Positions 39,286-49,539 of a stretch of 64,000 bases of DNA are shown one piece after another. Position numbers and translations under genes: made by a program. Numbering within the stretch: position 1 is the stretch's first letter; each line of letters opens with the position of its first letter. Below the pieces are notes generated by a model. The model had not been told where the DNA came from. It saw nothing but the letters and a program-made list of their open reading frames with translations, and did not search any database. Source of the DNA: Flavobacteriaceae bacterium. Lineage in GTDB: Bacteria; Bacteroidota; Bacteroidia; Flavobacteriales; Flavobacteriaceae. The stretch covers positions 3,521 through 67,520 of the forward strand of contig JAJUIC010000002.1 of assembly GCA_029265595.1 (NCBI GenBank). Reading direction: 5' to 3'.

Positions 39286-40616
39286 AGAACAGGGATTTAG
39301 ATAAAATTTACCAGGAGGGGCTGAAAGATCAACAGATAACACCCCCGGATGGCACGTGGGAAAAGATTGCCAGCAGGCTTCCCCAGGAGCCTGTTCAGAG
39401 ACGGGCCCTTCCTATATGGTTCCCTCTGGTAGGCGCAGCAGCAGTCCTTCTACTGCTTTTCAATATTTACCTCCTGACCCAAAATTCCACTGAGGCCCCA
39501 AAGGCTGTCACCCACGAGTCGATTCCCGATACCCGGGATGAGGAAACAGGGGATCATCCCATCACTACCCAGGAGCTTAACCAGACGATTCAAACCCTCG
39601 TTGCGGATTTTGAAAATCGGCTTCAGGAGGCTAACAAGAACATCGATTCCCTTAAACAGATCACCAGAAAATACCATACCCTGATTTCTAAAGAAGAGAT
39701 TTCTCAATTAGCAGAAACCCAGGTAAACGAAAGAAAATCATCCACTGGCCAGACTCCATCCCAGGAAACGAGAGAGCACCTTACCATTAACAATCAGCAA
39801 GATCATGTACCCTCCATAGTACAAAGCGTTCCCACACAACCGGCAGGAGCGGAGGATGCCCCCTCCACTCCTGCGGCGGAACGCGATCCTGAACAGGACG
39901 CCTCTATTCTGATCCAGGAACCAAGCCTCGAAGAACAGTTGGCTTTTGATGATCTGTCAGATAAAAATCAAACTGAAAAGAAAAACCGCTTTAGTGTTTC
40001 TACCAGAGTCGCACCTATTTTTTTCGAAACCGGTGGGGCAAACCTTTTTGATCAACAGTTTTCCCAAAAGAAGGCAACGAGTGAGGTCTCCTTCGCCTAT
40101 GGTGTCAATATAGCTTATAACATTTCGGACCGGGTCAAGCTTCGGTCCGGTCTAAACAAAGTAGAAGTCGGCTATCAGACACAGGAAGTCCCTTATAATG
40201 CCGCCGTCCGTTCCACTACCCTCGATGCAACAGAAAGTGCCTTTACGATGTCTTCACCAGCACCGGGAGAGCTAAACCAGCAATTGGGATTCTTTGAAAT
40301 ACCCCTGGAAATGGAATACGTACTAATTGATAAAAAATTTGAAATCAGTCTGGTGGGCGGAGCCAGTAGTCTATTTTTGGATAAGAACAATGTCAGTTTA
40401 CATTCTTCCGTTTTTTCCGCGGACCTGGGAGAGGCTAACAACCTTAACAAGACAAGCTTCACTACCAATCTTGGATTCGGAATCAATTATAACCTCACCC
40501 AGGAACTGAAATTTAACCTGGAACCCATGTTTAAATACCAATTGAACACGTTTAAGAACTCCGATGTAAATCCTTATTTATTCGGAATTTACACCGGGTT
40601 CAGTATTCACTTTTAG
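39282..40616 (+). CDS. Putative anti-sigma factor with TM, disordered linker and C-terminal outer-membrane beta-barrel
   Basis: N-terminal DLDK...PP..TWEKI..RL, TM aa ~43-65, Q/T/P/E-rich linker, amphipathic beta strands (FFEIPLE, NLEPMFKY) ending in Phe; ATGA overlap with the sigma gene. Confidence 0.8.
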   Translation: MKNRDLDKIYQEGLKDQQITPPDGTWEKIASRLPQEPVQRRALPIWFPLVGAAAVLLLLFNIYLLTQNSTEAPKAVTHESIPDTRDEETGDHPITTQELNQTIQTLVADFENRLQEANKNIDSLKQITRKYHTLISKEEISQLAETQVNERKSSTGQTPSQETREHLTINNQQDHVPSIVQSVPTQPAGAEDAPSTPAAERDPEQDASILIQEPSLEEQLAFDDLSDKNQTEKKNRFSVSTRVAPIFFETGGANLFDQQFSQKKATSEVSFAYGVNIAYNISDRVKLRSGLNKVEVGYQTQEVPYNAAVRSTTLDATESAFTMSSPAPGELNQQLGFFEIPLEMEYVLIDKKFEISLVGGASSLFLDKNNVSLHSSVFSADLGEANNLNKTSFTTNLGFGINYNLTQELKFNLEPMFKYQLNTFKNSDVNPYLFGIYTGFSIHF

Positions 40617-40653
40617 ATCCAAAGTAGTCCACCCGGAGGAGTCCCTGGTTTCT

Positions 40654-40690
40654 AAAAAATAAAGGCCATCATCAGACGGCCTTATTTTTT
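40654..40690. terminator. Bidirectional intrinsic terminator
   Basis: AAAAAATAAAGGCC...GGCCTTATTTTTT between convergent genes. Confidence 0.75.
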
Positions 40691-40703
40691 AATGGAACTC
40701 CTA

Positions 40704-42251
40704 TTAAAAAGGAACATCGCCATCCGGATCATCGTTCATATCACTGCCAAAGGCTTGTTCGGGACTCGGGAAATTACCGGGGTTAAATCCATCGTTTCCA
40801 CCACTGCTGTCCTCATTCATCTTGGAATGAAATTCAAACGGGGAATCGAAATCGTCGAGGTTGTCAAATTTCCCAAGGTGGCCAATAAACTTCAACCGAA
40901 TGTTGTCCAGTCCTCCATTACGGTGTTTGGCAACTATGAATTCGGCCTGTCCTTCGGTAGGACTGCGCTCTTCATCATCCCATTCATCAATTTTATAATA
41001 TTCCGGACGGTAAATGAAAGAAACAATATCAGCATCCTGCTCAATAGCTCCCGATTCCCTAAGGTCACTCAGCAGAGGCCTTTTACTACCTCCTCTGGTT
41101 TCAACGGCCCGTGAGAGCTGAGAAAGGGCAATTACCGGAATATTCAGTTCTTTGGCCAGGGCCTTGAGGTTTCGGGAAATCGTAGAAATTTCCTGCTCCC
41201 TGTTTCCGCCTTTTTGGGTTCCTCCTGCAGTCATCAGCTGGAGGTAGTCAATAACGATCAGTTTAATCCCATGCTGTGATGCCAGCCGCCTTGCCTTTGC
41301 TCGCAGATCAAAAATCGACAAAGATGGGGTGTCATCAATAAATAAGGGAGCCTTCTCCAGCCCCTTTACCTTCACATTAAGCTGCTCCCATTCGTGCTTC
41401 TCCAGAGTTCCGGTACGAAGCTTTTCTGAAGACAATCCGGTTTCTGAAGATATTAGTCGGGTAATAAGCTGAACAGAAGACATCTCCAGAGAGAAAAATG
41501 CCACGGGAGTATTTTGACCCACCGCAATGTTTCTGGCCATAGAAAGGGTAAGGGCAGTTTTACCCATACCCGGCCGTGCAGCCACTATAATCAGATCACT
41601 GGGCTGCCATCCGGAAGTCAGGCGATCCAGCTTGTCGAATCCAGACGGTATTCCACTAAGACCCTCCTTATTGGAAATTTCCTCTATACGCTTTTTGGCC
41701 TGCATCACCAGCTCCATGGCGGTTTCCGACGAACGCTTGATATTTCCCTGAGTGACTTCATACAGCTTAGATTCAGCGGCATCCAGTAAATCAAAAACAT
41801 CGGTGGTTTCGTCGTAGGAGGCTTCTATAATTTCGTTGGAAATCTGAATCAACCTGCGTTGAATGAACTTCTGCAGTATAATCCGGGCATGAAACTCAAT
41901 ATGGGCAGAAGAAGCTACTTTCTGAGTGAGCTGGACCAGGTAAAAATCCCCTCCTACGGCCTCCAGTCGCTGATCCTTCCGCAACTGATTCGAAACTGTT
42001 AATAAGTCTATGGGCTCGGAGTTCTCAAAGAGTTTGAAGATGGCTTCGAAAATATATTGATGCGAGCTCTTGTAAAAAACATCCGGGTGTAAAATGTCTA
42101 TAACCTCATCTACTCCCTTCTTATCAATCATCATCGCACCAAGCACAACCTCCTCTAAATCAATAGCTTGAGGTGGTATCTTTCCTTTTTGCAGGCTGAT
42201 TACGTTGGAATCGCTGTATTTAATATTTTTAGAAGGGTCTGCTTTCTCCAT
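40704..42251 (-). CDS. dnaB: Replicative DNA helicase
   Basis: PPQAIDLEE.VLG, AARPGMGKT, IDYLQL, SQLSR, DLRESGAIEQDAD; no intein; start ATG 42251. Confidence 0.97.
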   Translation of the reverse strand: MEKADPSKNIKYSDSNVISLQKGKIPPQAIDLEEVVLGAMMIDKKGVDEVIDILHPDVFYKSSHQYIFEAIFKLFENSEPIDLLTVSNQLRKDQRLEAVGGDFYLVQLTQKVASSAHIEFHARIILQKFIQRRLIQISNEIIEASYDETTDVFDLLDAAESKLYEVTQGNIKRSSETAMELVMQAKKRIEEISNKEGLSGIPSGFDKLDRLTSGWQPSDLIIVAARPGMGKTALTLSMARNIAVGQNTPVAFFSLEMSSVQLITRLISSETGLSSEKLRTGTLEKHEWEQLNVKVKGLEKAPLFIDDTPSLSIFDLRAKARRLASQHGIKLIVIDYLQLMTAGGTQKGGNREQEISTISRNLKALAKELNIPVIALSQLSRAVETRGGSKRPLLSDLRESGAIEQDADIVSFIYRPEYYKIDEWDDEERSPTEGQAEFIVAKHRNGGLDNIRLKFIGHLGKFDNLDDFDSPFEFHSKMNEDSSGGNDGFNPGNFPSPEQAFGSDMNDDPDGDVPF

Positions 42252-42314
42252 AGAACGAATGTACTTAAAAATGAGTGAAAAAAATAAAATCCAGCTTTCG
42301 CTATAATACACAGG

Positions 42315-42359
42315 TTATGAACATTACACCTGTTGATAAGTGAAATAACCTGTTGATAA
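42315..42359. promoter_or_regulatory. Cluster of three DnaA-box-like 9-mers
   Basis: TTATGAACA (42315-23) and TGTTGATAA twice (42331-39, 42351-59; reverse complement TTATCAACA). Confidence 0.6.
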
Positions 42360-42363
42360 AGCC

Positions 42364-42393
42364 AAAAAAATCCGAAGTACCTGACTTCGGATT
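42364..42393 (-). terminator. Intrinsic terminator of accA
   Basis: AATCCGAAGT / ACTTCGGATT stem with a U-run on the minus strand. Confidence 0.8.
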
Positions 42394-42420
42394 GATCCGG
42401 ACCTGCTATGGTATCAGCAC

Positions 42421-43374
42421 TTAGCCTTTGTAGATGCCCATGGAGTCGTATTTCTCCATTCTTTTCTTAACCAACTCCTTTGGTGATAAGTTCTTGACTT
42501 CTGAGAAAGACTTCAAAATGTTCTTTTTAACAATCTCAAAAGTCTCGGCCCGATTACTATGTGCACCTCCCAGAGGTTCTTTGACGATCTCGTCAATCAG
42601 CTTCAGCTTTTTCATATCAGTAGCCGTCAGTTTTAAAGCTTCTGCGGCTTTTTCTTTATACTCCCAACTCCTCCACAAGATGGAAGAACAGGATTCTGGT
42701 GAAATCACAGAGTACCAGGTATTTTCCAGCATCATCACCTTATCTCCCACTCCGATCCCCAGGGCTCCTCCACTGGCTCCTTCTCCAATAATATACACCA
42801 AAATTGGTACTTTTAGCCGGGTCATCTCCAAAATGTTCCGGGCAATTGCTTCTCCCTGTCCTCGTTCTTCAGCTTCCAATCCCGGATAGGCTCCCGGGGT
42901 ATCCACAAAAGTGACTACAGGAAGTCCAAACTTTTCTGCCGATTTCATCAGGCGCAGCGCCTTGCGGTATCCTTCAGGGTTGGCCATTCCGAAGTTTCGG
43001 TATTGCCTGGTCTTGGTATTATAGCCTTTTTGTTGCCCAATGAACATAAATGACTGGTCTTCCACTTTCCCCAGACCACCAATCATGGCTTTGTCATCTT
43101 TTACATTTCGATCTCCGTGAAGTTCGAGAAAAGAATCACCGCAAATGGCCTGAATATAATCCAGGGTATAAGGTCTGCTGGGGTGTCTGGACAATTGGAC
43201 GCGCTGCCATGGAGTAAGGTTCTTGTAAATTTCTTTCTTCTTCTCCTCCAGCCGCTTCTCAATCTGCTTGCAGGTATCGGAAACATCTACTTCACTTTCC
43301 TTGCCTATGGAACACGCCTTCTCGTACTGTTCTTCCAGCTCTTTTATAGGTAATTCGAAGTCTAAATACTCCAT
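42421..43374 (-). CDS. accA: Acetyl-CoA carboxylase carboxyltransferase alpha subunit
   Basis: [37 protein letters not shown]. Confidence 0.97.
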   Translation of the reverse strand: MEYLDFELPIKELEEQYEKACSIGKESEVDVSDTCKQIEKRLEEKKKEIYKNLTPWQRVQLSRHPSRPYTLDYIQAICGDSFLELHGDRNVKDDKAMIGGLGKVEDQSFMFIGQQKGYNTKTRQYRNFGMANPEGYRKALRLMKSAEKFGLPVVTFVDTPGAYPGLEAEERGQGEAIARNILEMTRLKVPILVYIIGEGASGGALGIGVGDKVMMLENTWYSVISPESCSSILWRSWEYKEKAAEALKLTATDMKKLKLIDEIVKEPLGGAHSNRAETFEIVKKNILKSFSEVKNLSPKELVKKRMEKYDSMGIYKG

Positions 43375-43419
43375 ATTGGTTTATGGCTTTGTTTAAATTA
43401 GCCAACAAATATAAGAAGT

Positions 43420-44343
43420 TTAAAGAGAAGGTTTTGTTTGGGCTTTTGTTTTTCTTCTGGTCTTCATAACCCCATTGAGGATCACCGTTGACAAGATCAA
43501 TAAAGCGCCATAATAAAACTCTGGATTCATTTGTTCTGCGCTTCCAAAGATCAGGTAAGCCAGAAAAATTCCATAAAGCGGTTCCAGGTTGATGGTCAGC
43601 ATCACGGTATAAGGCGTCAGGTGTTTCATTACAGCTACTGAGGTGATAAATGCATAAGCTGTACAAACTGATGCCAAAATAAACAGGTACCACCAATCTG
43701 CGGTGGAAAGCGTGAAGAACGCCTTAGAGAAGCCTTCTCCTGATTCTCCAAATAGGGTCATCAGAAACAGAAAAATGGTAACGGCTCCTGCTCCCACGGC
43801 AATTTCATATAAAGACACTACGGAAGCATCTGCCTTATGAGCCAGCTTCCCATTGATCAGGGAGAAGCTCGCCGATAAGAAGGCCGATACCAGGGCCAGC
43901 AGAATGCCTGTAACATACTGAGTTTCTACCCTGAAGATAATATAGAGGCCGAACATTACCAGCAGCCCAAATACGATTTCGTAGGGAATTATTCTTCTTT
44001 TATAAAAAATTGGTTCCAGGACGGAGGCAAAAAATGCACCTGTAGATATCATGGCCAGGGTGATGGAAACATTAGAGACTTTTATGGCCGCAAAAAACGT
44101 TAGCCAGTGAAGGGCAATAATGATCCCCCCGAAAACGCACATCATCAGATCCTTTCTGGAAAGCCTCAGGTTTTTCTTCTTCCACAAGACCCAGCCCAGA
44201 ATAAAAACACTCGCCAAAGACATGCGATACCACACCAGCGGAACAGCATCCAGGGTTATTAGAGCTCCCAGTACTGCTGTAAACCCCCAGATAAAAACTA
44301 TCACATTAAAGTGAAGATAGCTCTTTAATTTATCGTTTTGCAT
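43420..44343 (-). CDS. EamA/DMT family transporter
   Basis: IWGFTAVLG, ALHWLTFF, NLEPLYG; about 10 TM; start ATG 44343 overlaps the upstream stop. Confidence 0.9.
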   Translation of the reverse strand: MQNDKLKSYLHFNVIVFIWGFTAVLGALITLDAVPLVWYRMSLASVFILGWVLWKKKNLRLSRKDLMMCVFGGIIIALHWLTFFAAIKVSNVSITLAMISTGAFFASVLEPIFYKRRIIPYEIVFGLLVMFGLYIIFRVETQYVTGILLALVSAFLSASFSLINGKLAHKADASVVSLYEIAVGAGAVTIFLFLMTLFGESGEGFSKAFFTLSTADWWYLFILASVCTAYAFITSVAVMKHLTPYTVMLTINLEPLYGIFLAYLIFGSAEQMNPEFYYGALLILSTVILNGVMKTRRKTKAQTKPSL

Positions 44344-45406
44344 TGTATAACAGGTAAATGGCCAAGATGCCAAATATGATGTTGGGGGTCCAGACCGCCA
44401 GCAATGGAGAAAATGTACTTTGCTCAGCAATGGTCCCAAAAACTTTGTCCATAAAAATAAACAAGAATGCCAGGGCTATTCCCACGGCCAGATTCACACC
44501 CATTCCGCCCCGCCGTTTCATAGAAGATACTGCTACGGCAATAATGGTTAAAATATAGGCTGATACCGGAATACTCCAACGTTTATAAGCCACGACTTTG
44601 TACCGATTGATATTTCCGGACCCCCGGCGAATTTCCTGATCAATAAATTCCTGAAGCTCCCGATAATTCAGGGTCTCTGCTATATAAATTACAGGCGTCA
44701 GGTCCTCAAATTCAAAAGGCATTACCGTATCGAGTCGCTGCTCAGTAATGATTTCATCTTCAAATTCCCCAATAATCCTCTTAGTGTAATTGGATAAGGT
44801 ATAGGTGGAATCTTCCTGATTGTACTGCAGCCGGGTGGCACTAATTTTAAACTTCAACTCATTTCCCTCGAAGTGCTCCAGTGTAAAATTGCGGGCGGAA
44901 TTGGTGCGCGGCTGATAATGGGAGGCATAGATGTACTCGTTGGGATTAATCTGCCGATAGATGTCGCTGGTTTCCTGAACTTCGCGTCCCCTTTTGAGGT
45001 ACTGATACTTAAATTCATTAAAGCCCTTGCTGGCTCCCGGAGCCAAAAACATCGCCAAAATCAGCGCTCCGAAACATACAATAGTAGCTCCTACAATATA
45101 AGGTCGAAGAAACCGCCAAAACGACACCCCGCTACTGAGGAAGGCAATGATCTCCGTATTCTGTGCCAGTTTAGAAGTAAACCAAATGACCGATAAGAAT
45201 AAAAAGAGAGGGAAAAGCAGGTTGGCAAAATAAATGGTAAAATCAAGATAATACCGCGCCACTTCCATAAATGGAACTTCATTGGCAAGTATCTTGTCTA
45301 TCTTCTCAGCAAGATCCACAATGATCCCGATAGGAATGAACATCAGGAGCATCGTACCAAAGGTACCCAGATAGCGCTTGAGTATATACCAGTCGAGTAT
45401 TTTCAA
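44330..45406 (-). CDS. LptF/LptG family LPS export permease
   Basis: KILDWYI, SKLA.NTEIIA..SSG.S, RRGG, AVWTPN; TTG start. Confidence 0.92.
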   Translation of the reverse strand: MKILDWYILKRYLGTFGTMLLMFIPIGIIVDLAEKIDKILANEVPFMEVARYYLDFTIYFANLLFPLFLFLSVIWFTSKLAQNTEIIAFLSSGVSFWRFLRPYIVGATIVCFGALILAMFLAPGASKGFNEFKYQYLKRGREVQETSDIYRQINPNEYIYASHYQPRTNSARNFTLEHFEGNELKFKISATRLQYNQEDSTYTLSNYTKRIIGEFEDEIITEQRLDTVMPFEFEDLTPVIYIAETLNYRELQEFIDQEIRRGSGNINRYKVVAYKRWSIPVSAYILTIIAVAVSSMKRRGGMGVNLAVGIALAFLFIFMDKVFGTIAEQSTFSPLLAVWTPNIIFGILAIYLLYNAKR

Positions 45407-45407
45407 T

Positions 45408-46538
45408 TTATAGGCGTTTGTTCATTTGCTGAACCATCTGGTTTTTCCAGGAGGCAAAATCCCCTTCCATGATATGTTTCCGGGCCTCTCTCACTAACCA
45501 AAGGTAAAATCCGAGATTATGAATGGTAGCAATTTGTTTGCCAAGCATTTCATTGACAGTAAATAAATGCCTCAGATATGCCTTTGAGTAGTAGGTGTCT
45601 ACATAAGTAATCCCCATGGGATCAATCACAGAGAAATCATCCTGCCACTTTTGGTTCTTAATATTTATGGTTCCATGAGCCGTAAAAAGCATCCCGTTTC
45701 GCGCATTACGAGTGGGCATTACACAGTCGAACATATCCACTCCCAGTGCGATATTTTCAAGAATATTGATAGGTGTCCCAACACCCATCAGATACCGGGG
45801 TTTGTCCTCTGGCAGAATCCTGGTAACCACCTCTGTCATCTCATACATCTCCTCTACCGGTTCTCCTACTGACAACCCACCGATAGCGTTTCCCTGGGCC
45901 CCCACCGAAGCAATGTATTCAGCAGATTGCTCCCTGAGGTCTTTAAAGGTGCTCCCCTGTACAATCGGGAAGAGTGTCTGGTTGTGATCATACCGTAGCG
46001 GTGTCCGCTCCAGATGCGCAATACACCGATCCAGCCAGCGGTGCGTGCGATGCATGGAATTCCTGGCATACCTGTAATCACAGGGATAGGGTGTACACTC
46101 ATCAAAAGCCATAATAATATCAGCTCCGATGGTCCGCTGAATTTCCATTACATTTTCAGGCGTGAATTTGTGGTAGGAACCATCAATATGAGATTTAAAT
46201 TTCACTCCTTCTTCCGTGATTTTTCTTCTCTCAGAAAGCGAATAAACCTGAAATCCACCGCTATCAGTCAAAATATTCCGATCCCAGTTCATAAATTTGT
46301 GAAGTCCTCCCGCCTTTCCTAGGATATCCGTTCCGGGTCTTAGATAAAGATGATATGTGTTTCCCAGGATAATATCAGGATTGATGTCTTCCTTGAGTTC
46401 TCGTTGATGCACTCCTTTTACGGAAGCTACAGTCCCCACAGGCATAAAGATCGGAGTTTCAATCCGGCCATGGTCCGTCTCAATTGTTCCGGCACGTGCA
46501 CCTGACTTGGGATCTTTTGCTTTTAGTTCAAATTTCAT
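45408..46538 (-). CDS. tgt: tRNA-guanine(34) transglycosylase
   Basis: TPIFMPVGT, NTYHL, TDSGGFQV, DMFDCVMPTRNARNG. Confidence 0.97.
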   Translation of the reverse strand: MKFELKAKDPKSGARAGTIETDHGRIETPIFMPVGTVASVKGVHQRELKEDINPDIILGNTYHLYLRPGTDILGKAGGLHKFMNWDRNILTDSGGFQVYSLSERRKITEEGVKFKSHIDGSYHKFTPENVMEIQRTIGADIIMAFDECTPYPCDYRYARNSMHRTHRWLDRCIAHLERTPLRYDHNQTLFPIVQGSTFKDLREQSAEYIASVGAQGNAIGGLSVGEPVEEMYEMTEVVTRILPEDKPRYLMGVGTPINILENIALGVDMFDCVMPTRNARNGMLFTAHGTINIKNQKWQDDFSVIDPMGITYVDTYYSKAYLRHLFTVNEMLGKQIATIHNLGFYLWLVREARKHIMEGDFASWKNQMVQQMNKRL

Positions 46539-46701
46539 AAGCCTCTTTCAAGGGCGCAAAGATACTTCTTTGCTACACAATCGAGAGGATTGAAAACCTA
46601 AATTTCCGAGCAACCTCGGGCCCGGATTGATAAATGAGGCGTCGGAACTTTTAAAGGCTGCGGTAAAAACGTATTTTTGCCCGATATTCAATAAAATCAA
46701 A

Positions 46702-47547
46702 ATGCCAAACACACAACAACTCGAAGATTTTGTCACTCAGGTACGGAGGGACATTGTACGGCAGGTTCATAAGGTAAATTCCGGTCACCCCGGAGGTTCC
46801 CTGGGCTGTGCCGAGTTTTTCACTGTTCTTTACCAGGTCGTGATGGACCGAAAGGAGAAATTTGACATGGATGGAAAAGACGAAGATTTGTTTTTCCTCT
46901 CCAACGGACACATCTCTCCGGTTTTCTACAGCGTACTGGCCCGAAGCGGTTATTTTCCGATTGAAGAGCTCAATACCTTCCGCCTGATCAACTCGCGTCT
47001 TCAAGGGCACCCTACCACTCATGAAGGCCTTCCGGGTATCCGCATGGCATCCGGATCCCTGGGACAGGGAATGTCCGTAGCGATTGGGGCAGCTCAGACC
47101 AAGAAACTCAATGGAGACAAACATCTGGTTTATTCCCTTCACGGAGATGGGGAGCTACAGGAAGGACAGAACTGGGAAGCCATTATGTATGCCGCAGGAA
47201 ATAAAGTAGACAACCTGATCGCCACTGTTGATTGGAACGATCAGCAGATTGACGGTTGTACGGATGATGTTTTACCAATGGGAGATTTGGGTGTTAAATT
47301 CGAAGCATTTGGCTGGGATGTGGTTCACATCAAAGATGGAAACAATCTGACTCAGGTGATTGAAGGCCTGCAAGAGGCCAAAAGTCGAACCGGAAAAGGA
47401 AAACCAGTTGCCGTTATGATGAAGACCGTGATGGGCAACGGAGTGGATTTCATGATGCACACTCACGCATGGCACGGAGTGGCTCCCAATGATGAGCAAC
47501 TGGCTAAGGCCCTGGAGCAAAACCCTGAAACCTTAGGTGATTACTAA
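46702..47547 (+). CDS. Transketolase, N-terminal subunit
   Basis: SGHPGGSL, LQGHP, GSLGQG, GDGELQEG; start ATG 46702 after -7 box 46672-46679. Confidence 0.94.
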   Translation: MPNTQQLEDFVTQVRRDIVRQVHKVNSGHPGGSLGCAEFFTVLYQVVMDRKEKFDMDGKDEDLFFLSNGHISPVFYSVLARSGYFPIEELNTFRLINSRLQGHPTTHEGLPGIRMASGSLGQGMSVAIGAAQTKKLNGDKHLVYSLHGDGELQEGQNWEAIMYAAGNKVDNLIATVDWNDQQIDGCTDDVLPMGDLGVKFEAFGWDVVHIKDGNNLTQVIEGLQEAKSRTGKGKPVAVMMKTVMGNGVDFMMHTHAWHGVAPNDEQLAKALEQNPETLGDY

Positions 47548-47557
47548 AGAAAGTGAA

Positions 47558-48511
47558 ATGAAGAAATATATAGATACAGGAAAAAAAGATACCCGGTCAG
47601 GATTTGGAGCAGGGCTCACCGAATTGGGTAAGAAAAATGAAAACGTGGTGGCACTTTGTGCGGATCTCACGGGCTCTCTGAAGATGGATGATTTTAAGAA
47701 AAATCATCCGGAGCGCTTTTTCCAGGTGGGTATTGCAGAGGCCAATATGATTGGTATGGCTGCCGGAATGACCATAGGAGGAAAAATCCCCTTTACCGGA
47801 ACCTTTGCCAACTTCTCCACCGGAAGAGTTTATGATCAGATTCGCCAGTCAGTGGCCTATTCAGGTAAAAATGTAAAGATTTGTGCTTCCCACGCCGGAC
47901 TCACCTTAGGTGAAGATGGAGCAACGCACCAGATTCTTGAAGACATTGGGCTTATGAAAATGCTCCCCGGGATGACGGTGATCAACACCTGTGACTACAA
48001 CCAGACAAAAGCAGCTACCATTGCCATAGCAGACCATGAAGGCCCGGTTTATCTGCGATTTGGTCGTCCAAAAGTGGCTAACTTCACGCCGGAGGATCAA
48101 GACTTTAAAATCGGAAAAGCTGTACTGCTTCAGGAAGGCTCAGATGTTACCATCATTGCTACCGGACACCTGGTATGGGAAGCTTTGCAGGCTGCAGAGC
48201 AATTAGCGACCCGCGGGTTGAAGGCGGAAGTCATTAACATTCACACCATCAAACCTCTGGATCAGGAAGCGATCCTAAGGTCGGTGAAAAAGACCGGGTG
48301 TGTTGTGACAGCCGAGGAACATAACTTCCTGGGAGGCCTTGGCGAAAGCGTCTCCAGAACCCTGACCCAACATCATCCGGCCCCACAGGAGCTTGTAGCC
48401 ACTCAGGACACCTTTGGGGAAAGCGGTACCCCGGAACAACTAATGGAGAAGTATGGCTTAAATGCAGGCGCCATTTTAAATGCGGTAGAGCGGGTCATCC
48501 AAAGGAAATAA
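47558..48511 (+). CDS. Transketolase, C-terminal subunit
   Basis: GIAEANM, GEDGATHQ, YLRFGR, TAEEH. Confidence 0.94.
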   Translation: MKKYIDTGKKDTRSGFGAGLTELGKKNENVVALCADLTGSLKMDDFKKNHPERFFQVGIAEANMIGMAAGMTIGGKIPFTGTFANFSTGRVYDQIRQSVAYSGKNVKICASHAGLTLGEDGATHQILEDIGLMKMLPGMTVINTCDYNQTKAATIAIADHEGPVYLRFGRPKVANFTPEDQDFKIGKAVLLQEGSDVTIIATGHLVWEALQAAEQLATRGLKAEVINIHTIKPLDQEAILRSVKKTGCVVTAEEHNFLGGLGESVSRTLTQHHPAPQELVATQDTFGESGTPEQLMEKYGLNAGAILNAVERVIQRK

Positions 48512-48540
48512 TTAATACTTTTAGATATTGATACCTCGAT

Positions 48541-48574
48541 AGCCCTTCTAATCTTGTATCAGAAGGGCTTTTTT
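48541..48574 (+). terminator. Intrinsic terminator
   Basis: AGCCCTTCT...AGAAGGGCT followed by a T-run. Confidence 0.8.
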
Positions 48575-48606
48575 GAACCTTATGAATTTAACCTAATACT
48601 TTAAAC

Positions 48607-49197
48607 ATGAAAAAAACATTGATTATCCTACTGCTTCTTGCCTCAACCGGGCTGTATGCTCAAAGTAGCTTTGGAGTTAAAGGTGGATTGAACTTCGGGG
48701 ATAACGGCAAGATTGAAACCAGCGATCTCACGGAGATTGATCCCGAAAGTAAAACCGGCTATCATCTGGGTATCTACTATCGGATGGAATTGCCTTTGGG
48801 TTTCTTCGTAAAGCCTGAGCTACTATTCACCAAAACAACTTCAACCTTCGAATATAGCAATATGAGCTCGGACTACGATGTTTCCAAACTCGATCTTCCC
48901 ATTCTGGTGGGTATAGATGTTCTGGGGCCGTTAAATGTATTTGTGGGACCGAGCCTTCAGTACATTCTCGAAAATGACTTTGCTGATTTTGAAATTGAGG
49001 ATGTCGAAAATGACTTCACTGTAGGTGCGCAATTTGGATTAGGAGTGCAGATTGGCCGAATTGGTGTGGATGTCCGCTACGAAAGAGCATTGACCGACAA
49101 CCAGGCAGAGTTTCTAAACCTGGACAATCCCAGTGGGCTCCGCCGGATCGACATGCGTCCTGATCAATTCTTACTGAGTCTGTCATTAGACTTCTAA
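48607..49197 (+). CDS. Outer-membrane beta-barrel protein (porin/PorT-like, OMP_b-brl_2)
   Basis: Signal peptide, FGVKGGLN, GYHLG, KPELLF, LDLP, DVRYE, terminal Phe. Confidence 0.88.
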   Translation: MKKTLIILLLLASTGLYAQSSFGVKGGLNFGDNGKIETSDLTEIDPESKTGYHLGIYYRMELPLGFFVKPELLFTKTTSTFEYSNMSSDYDVSKLDLPILVGIDVLGPLNVFVGPSLQYILENDFADFEIEDVENDFTVGAQFGLGVQIGRIGVDVRYERALTDNQAEFLNLDNPSGLRRIDMRPDQFLLSLSLDF

Positions 49198-49539
49198 AAC
49201 AAGCTCTTTTTTAAGAAAAGGCTATCGATAGACATTATAATTTCCCCTGTAGCCTTTCTCTTTACTAATTCAAAAATATGGAAACTCCACCTGCGAAAAG
49301 AGAAGACAATGAACGGGGAAAACCTACACCTCAAATAAACAAAATAGGTAAAATTTCCAATACCTATTTTATCACCATCCATTCCAACTAGTCGTGTGTG
49401 TAACCAAAAAACAACTATTTTTGAAAGAAAAAGGAATGTAATGTTTTCAAAGACAAGAATACACTGATTCCGAAAAACACTGATATGTTCCGGTATTAAT
49501 TGAATTACTGGGATTCAAAATGGAACCCAATCCAAAATT

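Noticed and set aside
49194-49382. 62-aa minus-strand ORF next to the IS remnant
   Set aside because: Low-complexity AT-rich sequence with no motif or promoter support.
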